Below are positions 35,838 to 50,106 of a DNA stretch of 64,000 nucleotides, in pieces. Numbering within the stretch: position 1 is the stretch's first letter; every line of letters begins with the position of its first letter. A program made the translations under genes and the position numbers. Origin of the DNA: Balanoglossus misakiensis (lineage: Eukaryota; Animalia; Hemichordata); assembly GCA_040954595.2 (NCBI GenBank), contig CM082595.2:3271943-3335942 (forward strand). Reading direction: 5' to 3'. Under the pieces are notes generated by a model, which ran no database searches, was not told the origin of the DNA, and worked only from the letters and a program-made list of their open reading frames with translations.

Positions 35838-38800
35838 TCATTGTCAGCCATCATGTGTATATTGACTTTCACGCACAGTGGCTCACACATGCGCATACCA
35901 CGCCACATTCCTTCACTAACAGGCGAGAAGTGGCAATAGTATCGAGTTACTCAGGCGTTCTAAACTTTCTGTATGTAAATCTACTGAAGTATGCATATAT
36001 TTCTACAAGGAAACGCTCATGTTGGAGTCTGCGCACATGACACTTGAATCACTTAGAAAATCACCTATGAAATCTTGTTTAACTTTACTATGCCCCAATA
36101 GGCAGGGTGTGTCTGCCACGATTTGCAAGTCAGGACAAAAGACACGCACCGATCAAAGAGCTTTTGTATCGTGTTCAAAAGACCCCAAAATGTTTTCTGA
36201 AACAGCAGTTACGTAACTCGGTGAAAAGTCGTGTCTTTAAAAAAAAGCCCGTGCGTTGGCGTACCCTTATGGTGGTGGTGGTGGTAGGCCTAATTTGATT
36301 AGCGGAGATTTAGTTCGGTAAATATGCGTGCATGCCTGTCTAAGCCGTCATAAATCTAGTAACAATTTTATACCCGCAATTTTGGTGGTTTTGATACCAA
36401 GAGATAATTATGTGCAAATGTCCTCCCAGGCCAAACTGCAACGGCAGACGACCACACCACTAAGTACAAGCTCTAAATCGATAAACGTGTACTCGAGGCG
36501 ACAGCATGGCCAATACTACGATTCTGGCTGTCGTTTGCAAAGAAAATAATGACAGACTCCAGGCCTGTGCGCCTCACAATATATCCAGGGCTCTGCATCA
36601 GGATTGCAGCGCCCCAGGATTGTAGTCTGGGCCAATTCTAAGTACACTTGTCATGACATAACCACTTTCACTATGGTTCCAGCAAACCACAAAAGCGTGG
36701 GCATGCGTAGTTAATGAAACGGTCTCAGGGTGTGGCCGGCTGTACAGTCACCCTGTTATATCAGTTCATTGCACCGCGCCTTGTTTGGTTAATCGTAGAC
36801 CAAAAGGAAAAAATGCTAAATCGTGTGGATTCATGGTAAATTTCAGATTTCATGAAAAAATAAAAATGTGTACGCATGTTACCCACGTCCGAGATAATAT
36901 TGAAAAACTCGGTTTGGCGACATATGCTAATTAGATCAGCCGGCACTTTCGCCATGCCAAGCGCTTTTTTAAAAAGTTTAGGGCACAATATTAAGGAAAG
37001 TTTAGCTGCGTTTTCCGAGGGTTGTAATTTTGTTGTGTGTCGAGTTTGGAACTATAATAGAGTTGTTTTGTTTGCAGAACACTGCAAAGAACGCGAACAA
37101 TGTAACCCGTGTTTGCTTAATAATGGTCAGAGGTCGAACAGGGAGCGGTCCCCTAAACGCTTTTGGACTAAGAACGAAAGTGTTCCTGAATTTTCAGTTT
37201 TTAAATACACATCTTTTGCAGCATTTTGTAATCCACCTGGTAAGCTCGGATTAACCTGTTCAAATTCGTCTTCGTGTGTGGCTTTGAGGAGGTACTATTA
37301 AACCGGGGTTTCGTGGAACTTTGCGTGTTTAAAGAGTCCCTCTTTGTAAGTTTTTTTATCGATTAAATTTAAACCCACGAGGAGACATTCGGGCATGTAA
37401 AAAGTTAAGCATTCGCGTTTGAGGGAAGCGTATTAGCACACCTGTAGCTTGCGTGCAAAGAGAGACAGAGGAGAACGAATCCACCGGACGATGAGACAAC
37501 ACCCAAATTTAGTCAAAAATGTCAAAAATAAGTATCTGCACTCGAAAATGATCGCATTCAAAAGTAAGTCTTAACAGGGAAAGAGTAACTGATCGCTTAC
37601 CTCTTTCTGCGATGAGAACAGAACAGGGCAGGGTTGGAAAAAAAAGTTTAGAAGAGCGTCTCTCCACTTAAGACCCCAGTTCGTGGAAGCGACCGGCGAC
37701 CAGACAGGTACCTCTGAAGAGTAGGAAGCCAAGTGAATCTTTCACAGATATTGTTTAAGATTTATCTTGTGCCTTTACATGGGGGTAGACAAAGGGTGAT
37801 TATCATGCAAATCCCGTTATCTAACCCCCTTCCACACTTTCATTGAATTTCTCCTCCACTGAGAAAGCGACGGTGAATGAGTAGAGCCAACATCATGTCA
37901 GAGACACTTCCCAGCGACCCTTTCTGAACACGCCCTGAAAATAAAATTATACTTCCCGTCTATATTTCTCGATTTCTCTCGGCTTTCTCTTAAACTCTAA
38001 CAATCGATAGTTTTCGGGGAATATTTTACTGTTGGCAATAAATGCACTTTTCCAGTTAATGGACCTGGACAACGTCCAAACTTGTACCATTTAAGAGGGA
38101 ATCCCAAAAGTCAACTATCTTTAGGGTAATTTTGGTTTGTCAAGTGTAGCATGGCAAAGAGTATAGATTGATTTGCTTTATTGATCCTAGCTTTACTTGT
38201 TGGAAGAAGAAGAAAAAAAGGCAGTATTGAATCGAATCCACTACTTTGTTACGCAACGTCAAAGCAAGTTCTTTCCGCACCCAGAGTCGTACGTAACAGT
38301 GTTCCATGACGGTTTTGGATTGGTCGACAGGCAATCAAACGATAGGGGCGTGGTAGCGCGAAAATCCTGTGAGCGACAGGATCCGATCTGTATGGAACAC
38401 GGGATGCGTTGACATCGTTCGGCAAATGAAGCGCGGACATGTTACCCCATCCGTGACATGTTACACACGACTATTGTCAACGGGGGATCAACCATTTGCT
38501 CTACCTGTATCCAATGTAAAAACAAAAGAACTTCAGTATTTCATATATTTTCACTCAGGACACCGCCCCAACTTAAACATGCTTGGTGAACTTGGACCAG
38601 ATCTGAAGGCGAAGGTGGCCGATTTGTTATGTTGGATTGACGGGAAAAAATCTCTCAGTGTCAAGAAATTATGCAGCTTTGTTGTAGAAATTATGAGCAT
38701 TTTTTTCAATGGTCGGTCACTTTGTCACCAAGGCGTGTTTCCTATAATAAGATCCTGCATGAGACAAACTGACATGTCTCGAAGTGTTTGGTCAAAATCG

Positions 38801-39241
38801 CCGTGTGGAAACTGCAGGTTTGAAGCTTGCAAACCATATAAACGTCATCTCAGCGTCATTGGGGAAGACTTATAGGGAGAGAAAGTTATGAATGGTCTCC
38901 CTTAGTAAACCATAGCCCACATTCTATGTGTAAGTAAGGTGCTGAGCGTGAACGGAACTCAGTGAAACAAAGGCGGAGGTATTTTGTTACATCATCCGCC
39001 ACACCATTCAGTTCCACCAGCACTTGTTAACGATTTCGTTTGTTATTATACCAAATGACAAATGGACATTAACACCCCTTCTGAGCAGACCTATGAAACC
39101 AGGCTGCGCCCAACCCACATAGTGCATTCTCCATCAGTTCAATAAACGAAATTCGCACGTATGGACCGACCTCTTCATAAAATATCAAGGTGCTCTTGAT
39201 AGTATTCGGTGCGTCTCTCTTCACCGACTTGTCATGATTGT

Positions 39242-39376
39242 ATCCATCCATCCATCCATCCATCCATCCATCCATCCATCCATCCATCCATCCATCCATC
39301 CATCCATCCATCCATCCATCCATCCATCCATCCATCCATCCATCCATCCATCCATCCATCCATCCATCCATCCATC
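39242..39376. repeat. (ATCC)n microsatellite
   Basis: About 33 perfect ATCC units; source of the spurious MDGW/IHPS ORFs. Confidence 0.97.
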
Positions 39377-40608
39377 ACCCACCCAACGACCCTCCCATCC
39401 ACAACGACCACCTGTTGAATCAGCCGCCAAACCACCAGCTCACGAATCAGTTCATACCAGTAAATAATCCAACCGCTTTCGCAGTGACTGAGTCAGGGAT
39501 CACGGCAATGTGTGTGTGTATTCACCAAACTGTTTGTTTGTTTAATAGTCTTCGCAAAACACGATGGAAGATACTAGTAGTACGGTGTTTTAAAAAGTTT
39601 GTATGCATGGGGCGTTGTTTAAAAATACTACATTCAACTCGTGCTGTCTTTTGTCACATTCCGCATCACCTGAAACGAGAGAAAGGAGGAAGGCGGTGGC
39701 AGTGTACTGATGTGTTCTAGTTTTAAATGATAAAACAACACACCTATGAACCTATGAGTCAGATTAACGCAATTAGCCTAAGATCTCGTTTTAATTGTTC
39801 TTCAGGGTGGGGACGGTAGTACTAGTCCCTGGTAGACTGGGTGGCGTGAGCTAATTACGCACAGAGAAAACAATAGGAACAAGACCGGAATGCTTTTATT
39901 AGACCTAAATGGTTTTATTACAGTAGAAAGTTTCAACCACCGCAGACATGAATGGACGGCATATTTTTGCATATTATGTGCATATAGCTATCAATTCATG
40001 ATTGAATGGGCTACATTGACGGATCCTATTCTGAAAGAAATTTAGAACAATTGAAAGCTACGTCACTTCATCTTCAATTATTATCAATATTATCATTAAC
40101 ATAACTATTTGGCATACTGACGGATTCTATTAATTTCATCTCAAACTCGTACCTGCATTGTCAGGTGATAGTATACCACTATGATTTTGGATAAAACTAT
40201 AATTTTGCTGGAAAATTGCTGTGTTTTGATAATAAGTTAATATAGCGCCATCTATTGGCCTTTGCATAAAATGAGTAAGCACTGTATATAGGTTGCTGTT
40301 GGTATCGCAATTTGTAGGCCATACATCGAATTGAAACTAGTCAAAGCCAAATAAAAATAAATGAAAATTAAAAAAGTGAGAAATAAAATAGTTAGGACAA
40401 CATTCAGCTTGTGTAATAATTAACCTGTAAAATATGACAATAAAATGTCCGTTTAACACCAGTTACTGTGTGTATGGCCATATCAATATTTTTCAAATAA
40501 AAAATATATATAGAAGGCTGGGTTAATGAACAACTTTGAAGTCACCAGTTTGCCAATGCCCTTTATTAAATTCTGTGGAAAAAACAAACGGTGTGTGGAA
40601 TCTTGAAG

Positions 40609-42598
40609 ATGGCTACGAGTAGATCTTTGGTCTTGGTGTCGTTTTTGGCGCTGCTGGTGCAAGCGCACGCCCGTAAGTGGATTTTATTTAGATTCTAAAG
40701 TTGCTCTGAGTGGGGCTGTTGGCATGACCCTCGTTGGAGTATCGTTCTGGTGTGTCTTTGTCAGACTGTCTTTCGAAGCGTTAGCACAGCCTGTATTCGA
40801 GTGTCTTCACGCTGCTTGAACATTCGGCTCATTAACCCCGTCACCACCATGGTTCAGTCCAAACCCAGTGTTTCCTTTGGTAAGGTTGGACCTCTAAAGA
40901 GGGAACTGGGGGTGAGAGGTTTAAAGAATGCGTGGTTCTCGTGTGAACACATTCCGTGTTCTTCTCTGCTATTAACATCTCAATTAAATGCTCGATTTTG
41001 TGAGGGCCTTCATTGTGGGTACATGTGTGTATAGTTATAGTACACGGCCCGGCAACTCAGTCGTAATGGATAACGTGGGAAAACACAGTGATTTAAGATG
41101 ACGTAACGCCATTCTTGTACAGGCATACTTTCGTTTCAACATGGCACTGGAAACAATAGTGGAATGTTGTCCCTTTTGTGCTGCGGAATGAAAGGGGAAG
41201 GCCTGGAAACATACCACTCGATCCACAGGCAAACGTAGCTGGGCCACAGAGCTGTAATTGTTACGATACATTGAGATATACTAGTAGTCTGCCGCCATTT
41301 TGTTTCTCGAATATAGACTCGCTGTCGTCTCTGCAGCTAGAAAGTTCCGTTTCCAGAATTTTTGGTGGAGGGAACGTGATGGCACACTGAAAACGTTTCA
41401 CGGTTGACCCGTTGAATGCCACTTTTTTATCTGTCAAAATGTGTTGCAACATTTTTCCCATTTTTACCAATTTTTCCTATTTTCACCCTTAGCCTAATTC
41501 CAGACCAGGTTGACAGAAATTTCCATTGTCTACAGGTCTTGATCAAAATGTTAAAAAAATATGGTAAAAGTTATAAGGTGAATTTCGCATCTGTCAACAA
41601 TAACAATGGGCGTTACTCTCTCTCCCCCCCCCTCTCTCCCCCCCTCTCTCTCTAACGGCGGACACAGAGAGTTGTCTACTTCGATGGGTGCCATTTGAAG
41701 GTTATTGCTACCGATATTTCACCGGAGCTATGGATTGGACGTCTGCGCAGAACGTCTGTCAATCGTACGGCGCCAATCTGGCCTCCGTTCACTCGACGTC
41801 AGAAAACGACCTGATTTATAAACTACAGGGCTGTGGTGACAACCGTTTCTGGATTGGCCTCAGCGATTCAAACTTTGTGAGTACGCAGAGAAATCATATT
41901 AAAGAGAACGTCGGTATGACATAATTGTCCCCTATAGACTTTGTAAGCCAGGAATGGTTACTTTCGAAGTAATTACTCCAGTGAACGACCAACATTTGAA
42001 AAACAGCACAACACAAGCCACCATGCAGACATGATCGTGCATGACCAATGGTCAGCTGGTGACTAAGCTGACTGACTAACTGACTCACGCAGCCATTCAC
42101 TGACTGACTGACAGTGGTGAAATAGGAGAATGGCATGGTCAAGATCTTGTCCCTGAAGACGTCTGTAATACAAGGTATCACACTATTGTCTCCCTTTCGT
42201 TTGCTGTATGCGCACCATAGGAAGGCTCATTCACGTGGATTGACGGCACCCCTGTGGACTATACCAATTGGCATAGTGGGGAGCCCAGTGACAGTGGAAT
42301 TGGAGGGGAAGATTGCGTAGAGGTGGACGGGTCAAGGGGTAAGTTTGCCCTTGGGAGTGGACATAGTGGACTGGTTTTCTTCGTTCGGTGGAGGGTGAAT
42401 TCGAGAGCTGATATGCAGCGTTCTCGTCCATTTGATTCCGTTGGCAAATAACCCCCCCCCCCCCCTGTCAGTTGATGTCAGAACAATGAGCCCAACTTAT
42501 TGACATAGCCGTGTATCGTTTTTGCAGCTTCTCCGGAGATGTGGAACGACAACGATTGTGGCTCTGAGAAACCGTTTGTGTGTAAAATGTTGCTGTGA
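40609..42598 (+). CDS. Secreted C-type lectin 1 (EPS / WND)
   Basis: 4 exons: [21 protein letters not shown] (40609-40672); [17 protein letters not shown]...FWIGLSD (41668-41876); [33 protein letters not shown] (42221-42338); [18 protein letters not shown] (42528-42598). Confidence 0.9.
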
Positions 42599-42649
42599 AA
42601 TTGGTCGTGGTGTCTTGGGACCAAATCATGACGTCATCACATCACAGTT

Positions 42650-42691
<42 letters not shown>

Positions 42692-42734
42692 GTGGTGGTG
42701 GTGGTGGTGATGATGATGATGAGGATGATGATGA
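42650..42734. repeat. Compound (CAA)n(GGT)n(GAT)n microsatellite
   Basis: Directly visible in the 3' UTR region of lectin 1. Confidence 0.9.
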
Positions 42735-43018
42735 TCTTCATTTATGACCTCTACGATGTTGATGTGTCATATCTTGATTCATTGTAATAAAATGCCCTTA
42801 CATCACAACATAGCTCGACTGTAATATTTTCGTTTTAAACTTAAGGTATTCCTACATAATTCATATGATATTATTATACCATCTATCTTCCGTTGATATA
42901 CACTATAGAGGATTGTACATAGCTGCGTTTGACTGCATGTCCATCATTCCCCTTGGTGTTTCGTCAATGACCCAAGGTCAGTCCTGGTGTCAACCACCGC
43001 CAGGAGCTCGGCTGCCGG

Positions 43019-43393
43019 TAGTCTGGTTCCCTGCCCCAATCCCACCGCTGGCTGCGCTATGCTAAAGGGAAAGGGTCAGGCACGGCCTATTGTAAACATG
43101 GCTCTCATTGGTCAATACATACGAAAATTAAGTTGTTAAATTGATAAGTTGTTGTAAGATACTCATTTCCCGTTCTCTCCTTCACCTCCATGAATGTTTA
43201 TCATTCGATTTCCAACTTTACAACAAACGAAACAAAATAAACTGCCTGGATGAATCTTGACTGGCATACGGACATTGGAGGCATCCATCTTGTTTCACAC
43301 CCAGGTTTCTGGGTGTGAAGTCGGGCCGTACCTGACCCCTTTCCCTTTAGCGTAGCGCAGCCAGCGGTGGGATTGGGGCAGGGAACCAGACTA
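43019..43393. mobile_element. Non-autonomous DNA transposon (MITE), 375 bp, ~69-bp TIRs, 9-bp TSD
   Basis: Left end TAGTCTGGTTCCCTGCCCCAATCCCACCGCTGGCTGCGCTATGCTAAAGGGAAAGGGTCAGG is the near-perfect reverse complement of the right end. Direct GGCTGCCGG at 43010-43018 and 43394-43402. Confidence 0.92.
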
Positions 43394-44005
43394 GGCTGCC
43401 GGTCGAAAGCAGGCCGAGGACAAGCAAAACGTCATCGGCAAATTATCATTACGATATCGCGTTGCGAGTGATACAGTTGCGCGCCGGAGGAACGGTGGAT
43501 GATAAGGGACGTGAACTGAGCATGTGCAGATGACATGAATAACGACATTTTTAACACAGCATCACACACCAACAGAGGACGCTGGTTTTCAGAAAGTCAA
43601 TCTCTTCCGGCGATCGATTTTTTACGGCCATAAGGTAGGTTCGAATACTACATTTCCCAAATTTTCCATTTCACCTCTGTTTTCCGCCCATGTGATTGTC
43701 AGTCATCCGAAGTGATACTTTGCAATTTCTGTTTCTATGATCAGAAAATTATTGCTGACATGACCGCGGTTGTTTTGTGTGATTGTGTGTTCAGATGTCA
43801 TAGTCAGGGGGGTCCGTTTTTGGCGTTCATTACACGCTGTGCGCTGAATCTAACGCCTGATTTTCATGTCTGAGTATACACTTCAATAACTTAGAATTGT
43901 AATACCACTATATACTGTCAAATGCTGTCTTTACCATTATATGTTTTTTATAATTCACATCTAAAATATGTCTGTTTATCGACAGTGTGGAAAACTCCCG
44001 CCACC

Positions 44006-45331
44006 ATGCAGCGTCTGATTATCCTTACAGCTGTTGCCATAGCAATTTCCTTTGTTTACTGCCGTAAGTACAGATTTGAAAGTGTGAATTTTCAAACGGG
44101 ACGATGATGATGGTAAACATATACATGTAAAGCTATGAGTAATGTAAAATGTTCACATTTCAAAATTGGCAAAAAAATGATTAATTGATTACATCTATCT
44201 CGGTTCTGGTCTTACATTATATAGAGCTGTAATGTCGTATGGATTTAAATCAGTGTCTTGGGAGTAAATATACACATGGTAAAAGCGTTAAACACGTCAA
44301 GTTGAATGTTTTGATATTTTTGCTGTGTGTATCAACCACGATTGGCCGAAGTTGCCGCGTGACGTCATGCCACTGGCAATTCTGGCGAATCAGCGTATCT
44401 CTCTCTTCCGTCTTTTAGAAACCAGTTGCCCCAGTTACTGGTTTGAATTCAACGGATACTGCTACCGTTATTTCACGGGACTCAACGGCTGGAGGGACGC
44501 TCAGGATATCTGTGTCACATACGGGGCCAATCTTGCTTCTGTGCACAGTGATGCCGAGAACGACTTCATACACAAACTGCAAGGTTCTTGCTTGGATAAC
44601 ATGTTTTGGATAGGATTGAATGACGAAGTTGTTGTAAGTATAGATGTGAGAACTGGTGATTGTGATAGAGAATAATACCTGAATATGAATCACGGAACCC
44701 AGAAAAAAACTGTCTGGTAATTTAGTGAACCGATGACGTCACTTGGACATATATTAATTTTGACACTGTAGCACATGTAGAACCCCAGAACATCATTCAA
44801 TCACGTGCAAGGTGGTTACGTGTTTAAAGACGAAATCACTGACAACTGGTTCTGACACTAATAGTTGTTACATATTTCTTGACAACAGGAAGGAGATATG
44901 CTATGGATCGATGGGACGCCTCTTGATTACACCAATTGGAATCCTGGTGAACCAGATAATGATCTCGATCAGGACTGCGTGGCTGTTGCTGGAAGCGCTG
45001 CTGTATCACGTAAGTTGATCGATTAAGCGACAGATCAATCAATCAAACAACTTATAACAAGAATGATGATGATGATGATGATGACGATGATGATGAATGC
45101 CGGGAAAGGGGGGAAGTTTGAGGTCAAACCTAAGAAGTCTCGTTTCTAGCGTGTGTTGCTAAGTAGCCACGCCACGTCACGCCCCCAGCGGTGCCCTATT
45201 GAAGAACCCTATTGTTATTAAAGTTGTCCACCCGTCAATTGGCTTTCTTTTGTCTTCTTTCAGCCTGGCAGTGGAACGACACGTGGTGTTTGGACACACA
45301 TCATTTCGTCTGCAAGTGGAAAATGCCATAA
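44006..45331 (+). CDS. Secreted C-type lectin 2 (EPD / WND)
   Basis: GCCACCATG start; MQRLIILTAVAIAISFVYC; TSCPSYWFEFNGYCYRYF...FWIGLNDEVV; WIDGTPLDYTNWNPGEPDNDLDQDCV; WQWNDTWCLDTHHFVCKWKMP*. Confidence 0.9.
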
Positions 45332-46732
45332 AGTTTGCCAGGAAGATGTTTGCGTCTTTCAGTTGACAGATCGCCCTCCGTCACCGAGAGACCATTTCTG
45401 ATCCCTGACATGATGTTTTACCCTAACTCTACTTAGAAATCACTTAGAATCACACGCTCATCACAACGTATTGTAAAAGGGAACGTGATTCGCCAAGACA
45501 ATAGTGGCGTATGCAGATTAATTAAAAGACCATTTCAAATGCAAATCTTCGTACAATGTATCTTGCATTGCTATAGATCGAACAGAGGTGACGCTGTCAT
45601 AATATGCCAATTATGACGTCTAGACAATCGTTGACAAATTAACATACATTGTACACTCTATTAATTGAGTATTCATATTCTTGTTCCCTTCCCGATCACA
45701 CCTAGTTCAAGTCTGGGCTTGAACACGATGTCCATTGTGTACACATGGTCTATGTTGAGAATACTATCACTACACATTCAACCCTGCCTCATGGAGTCGA
45801 ACAAGAAACCATGGACATGGTTGACACACAGAATAAAAATACTTAAACAAGCCTCTCGCACACTGTCAAAGGATTTGGCTATTCGCATCCAACTCAACAG
45901 TTTATAGACACGGATTATGCAAATCCTCTTGTTGAGTATCCTATCTATTGGTTGTCTCATTCATACTTGTCATTCGGAGAGTGGATCAGTCAAATTCTCT
46001 TGTTTTCCGAAAAGGAGAACGCGAAGCTAGGGTAATTAAGAAAATGGGTGATCCAAATGTTTTGAATTCTGACGATGTTACAATACAGTTCCAACCAGTG
46101 TGATATATTTAAATTGGAATGATATTATCATCCGAAACAGAGACAAATTTCTCTGTGTGTGTGGGCAGTACGTACAAAACAAAGTGATAAATTTTGACAA
46201 GAAAGTTGAACAGTACTAGTATCTGTGTCAGTTCATGATAACGGCGAGAAGTTGTCATCTGTTGATGATATTATCGTCTGACCTCAATGTACGTGATAAA
46301 AGAACTCCACTTAAATTCCATATTAGGTGTGGAGAAGCAACGCGTTTGAAGGTAGGTTATAATTCTTTGTTGTTTTAACATGCAATTTGAGTTGACGATC
46401 ATAGGTTTGTCTTCTGGACAAAATTGTTAAATATAGAAGCCTGACCAGTGCCAAGTGCATAGTCCCCTTCTGCGCCAACTGGTGGAGACACACTGTTTTG
46501 AACCCTCGCATGGTATTTCACCGCGTTATCGCCACCAACGTCGAGATTTGTTACAGAAATCAAGTTGAAAAGTACACTTACCAGTTGAGAAAAGTGCATT
46601 AGGTTCTATACTCTTGACTTTTAAAAATATTAAAATTTCTTAGAGTCACAATGCATGATTGTTAGTAACGTGTAAAGTTCATATCGTTTCATTTCATTTA
46701 TTTTTCAGTTGATATATTCCAGCACTGCTAAG

Positions 46733-47713
46733 ATGTACGCCTTGTACACATTATGCCTTTTGATAGGAATCTCTGTCACCAACGGACGTGAGTAAAATAC
46801 CCCATATAGTTTACTGCCTGTATCAATTCAAAATGGCCGCCATCTCTGTGTTAACTTTATGTTAATGACTCCATCCCATTTCTGCCTACAGAGCTATGTC
46901 CTCTATACTGGTTTGAGATGGACGGATACTGCTACAGATATTTCACTTCAGCGAAACTCTGGAAGGAGTCACAGGACATTTGCCAAACATACGGCGCCAA
47001 CCTGGTGTCTATCCACAGTGACGCCGAAAACGATTTTGTGTACAAATTACAAGGATGCGGCGACAATAAATTCTGGATTGGGCTGAATGACGAACAGTTC
47101 GTAAGTTAAATTACCGAACAGATTTAGTTCGAATATCTCGGCCAAAAAGATATCAACTGCATGTATCGGTACATCGATGACGTAAGTTGTGGTACGCACC
47201 CTAAATTACGTTATCGGAGATGAAATGTCTCGCAGGATCTCGTGGAGTTCGGAAAACGGTCTATTCACAAATATGATACAAAACAAAACAAAAACTCGTC
47301 AAAATATAGCATACTCTTCCTGTATCCCCACAATAGGAGGGCAACTTTATGTGGATTGATGGTACAACTTACAATTACACCAACTGGCACGCTGGCGAGC
47401 CGAACGACGACACGGATGAAGACTGTGTAGAGATGGACGGTTCAAGGGCCAATGGTCAGTATATACATGAGCATAACAAACGACCATTTAACATTTCTCC
47501 ATAACCATAATGTCTGTGTGGATAATTACGCCCTGTGTGAACCTAGCACGACGTCGTACCAACCAGTACAGAGCTGACTCTTTGTTTTGTGTGACTTCAC
47601 TTGCTGAGACACGTGACTTAACTTTATTTCATGATTTTCTTGCAGCTTGGCAATGGAACGACATTCAGTGTTCAAACGCCAGAGGGTTCGTCTGCAAATG
47701 GTTAAAACCCTGA
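46733..47713 (+). CDS. Secreted C-type lectin 3 (EPN / WND)
   Basis: MYALYTLCLLIGISVTNG; LCPLYWFEMDGYCYRYF...FWIGLNDEQF; WIDGTTYNYTNWHAGEPNDDTDEDCV; WQWNDIQCSNARGFVCKWLKP*. Confidence 0.9.
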
Positions 47714-48501
47714 GTTAGGAAAGGGGTTTCAAACTTTGAAAATCAGGAGCGGGAAGGCCCAAGTGGACACGCCTTATGTACTTCGCTGGCATTATACCAA
47801 ATAAAATAACTATAATTTGATTAATGTGAAACGTCTATGTGAACTGAAAGTAGATCATGATTACTTGTAAAAGTTGATATTCAAAAGGTTAAATGTTTTT
47901 TAACCAGTCACCATCATCATCGTCATCACCACTACCACCATCACATACAACCACCACCATTTAGCAAGAGCACTCTCGCGGGACTTTGAGAAACCGTTCA
48001 GGTCACGTGTCTCGGGATGGAAAACTACCAGGTGAAACCAGTAGTTACATAATATGCAGATTAACGGAATCTCTTATCTGATTAACCTGGTGAAAACTGT
48101 TATTCTAATTCTATCTTAATGAAAAAAATAATAAATCCGCTTCGGAAAGATATTCATGTGAATTATGGAAAACCATACACATGTCACTATGGATCATTGA
48201 GTAAGCCTGTCAACATTTTGGCACAAGTTCATCGAGGAAATCTTATTCCATCGGTTGATTCTTTGAAGTCGAGCGGCTGTCTCAAAGTAAGTGGAGCTTG
48301 TTTTGAATTAGATATTCCCAGCTTTCAAATTAACGATATTGTGTATCAAAAATGGTGCAAAATTGTTCTTGTTTATCGCATTGTATTAATAATAGTTGTG
48401 CACTCTTATTTTTATACTGATCATATGTTTCACAACTTTGATCTTTGTGAACACACTGTCTTAGCAAGTTTTTTTGTTTCTTCTACACAGGTCTGGACAG
48501 G

Positions 48502-49564
48502 ATGCTGATGTCACTACTCTTGCTCGGTGTTAGCCTCAGCTGCGCCAATGCAATATACTCACCGAGTACGTATGTGTGTGTGTGTGTGTGTGTGTGTTCA
48601 CCCTTATAGTCACTCAATTTCCAGAAGTTTTTAAACGATTTTTTCGTATTGAACAACTGAACTGAACATTAACCTGTGTCTCCCTCCCTCCCCCCCCCCT
48701 CCACCCATCTCCCCCTCTCACTTATACAGAGGCGGAGTATTGCCCGTATCTTTGGTTCCCTTGGAATAACAACTGTTACCGCTACTACAGCGGCGCCTTA
48801 GACTGGGAGAGTGCCGAAAACATGTGTCGTACAATGGGAGGCCATCTCGTGTCTATACATTCAAGCGAAGAAAATGAGTTTGTGTTTGGTCTGGCTGGCG
48901 GTTACAAAGATTATTGGATTGGCTTGTATGACATAAAAATGGTAAGGCTTGTCTCTCATCGATTATGAATGTTAAACTGATTAAAATGAGAAGACGTGTT
49001 TTGTACCAAGATGGATGGATGGATGGGTGGATGGGTGGATGGATTTAAAATATTTAATATATGTTAACGGAAATAAACCTTTCTCATTTCAAGGAGGGCA
49101 ATTTTGAGTGGATGGATGGGACACCAACCGTGTTCACCAATTGGCATGCCGGAGAGCCCAACGATGGTGGAGTTGGTTTTGGTGGACAAGACTGTGTAAA
49201 TATCGCCCTGAAAATTGGCGAAGAAAAGAACCGTAAGTTTGTCCAATGCATAATTGGAAATTTCCCGGCATACTTCACGGCTTCCTCTGCAGACGCCATA
49301 TTACTTCCGGGCAAATGTTGTATTGATGTTACTGTATATCGTTAGAGTTGGCATAAAATGAAAGTAAAATGTGAAAGCTGGGTGTTTTTTTGTCGGTAAT
49401 CTTTTGTTTAGTAATCACTCGACTTCAATTCGATCTTAAGTCTATGCTGTTGACCCTTGACCTTTCTTGTGACATCATTGTTTTTTTTTTCTTTTGAAGC
49501 TAATGGATGGGACGATGACGACTGCGACAAGGAGAAACCCTTCATATGCAAGTTGTTCGTCTAG
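48502..49564 (+). CDS. Secreted C-type lectin 4 (EPN / WDD)
   Basis: MLMSLLLLGVSLSCANA; YCPYLWFPWNNNCYRYY...YWIGLYD; WMDGTPTVFTNWHAGEPNDGGVGFGGQDCV; GWDDDDCDKEKPFICKLFV*. Confidence 0.88.
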
Positions 49565-50106
49565 ACCAGAAATGTCATGTCGGAGAAGAATTTCAAAGTC
49601 AACTTAATTTTTTTTTCATTATCCATTAATCAGTGATTTGTAAAGGACGTGAAATAAAAGTATTTGCCGATCGCCAAATGGTTATGTCTATTTTCAAAAG
49701 AACCCGAATCATGATATAGCTCATGAAAATTTTTCATGGGTTATAGCTCAGGTCACATGGGCGTTTTAGCCCACAGAACACCAATCAATTTACCACACAG
49801 CTCGGGGCTTGTGTGTAAATTGTCAACGGCCGCGCTGTCACAACATCCAGGGCACCAAACTAGCAGATACGCCCATCGCGTAACAAAGAGTTTCTTTGCT
49901 ATGGCCACAATCTAACACTGAAATTCAGCGTCTGATATTTTATCAAAAGCGCCTATCGCCCGTCCAGTTTCCATGCCAACGTCACAATGATTAATATCCC
50001 AGTGGTAGATTTTGCCTCATAGCCACTGAGCCCAAAATTTTACCTGAAATAAGTGCCACGCGACGCTATCAGCATTACTGAAGTGCGGTGAACCAGGGTT
50101 CTGAAC

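Noticed and set aside
38369-38875. 168-aa plus-strand ORF (and the 141-aa ORF at 36876) in the intergenic region
   Set aside because: Non-ATG or weak starts, no recognisable motif and no convincing exon structure.
39069-39720. ORFs with MDGW / IHPS repeats
   Set aside because: They are translations of the (ATCC)n microsatellite.
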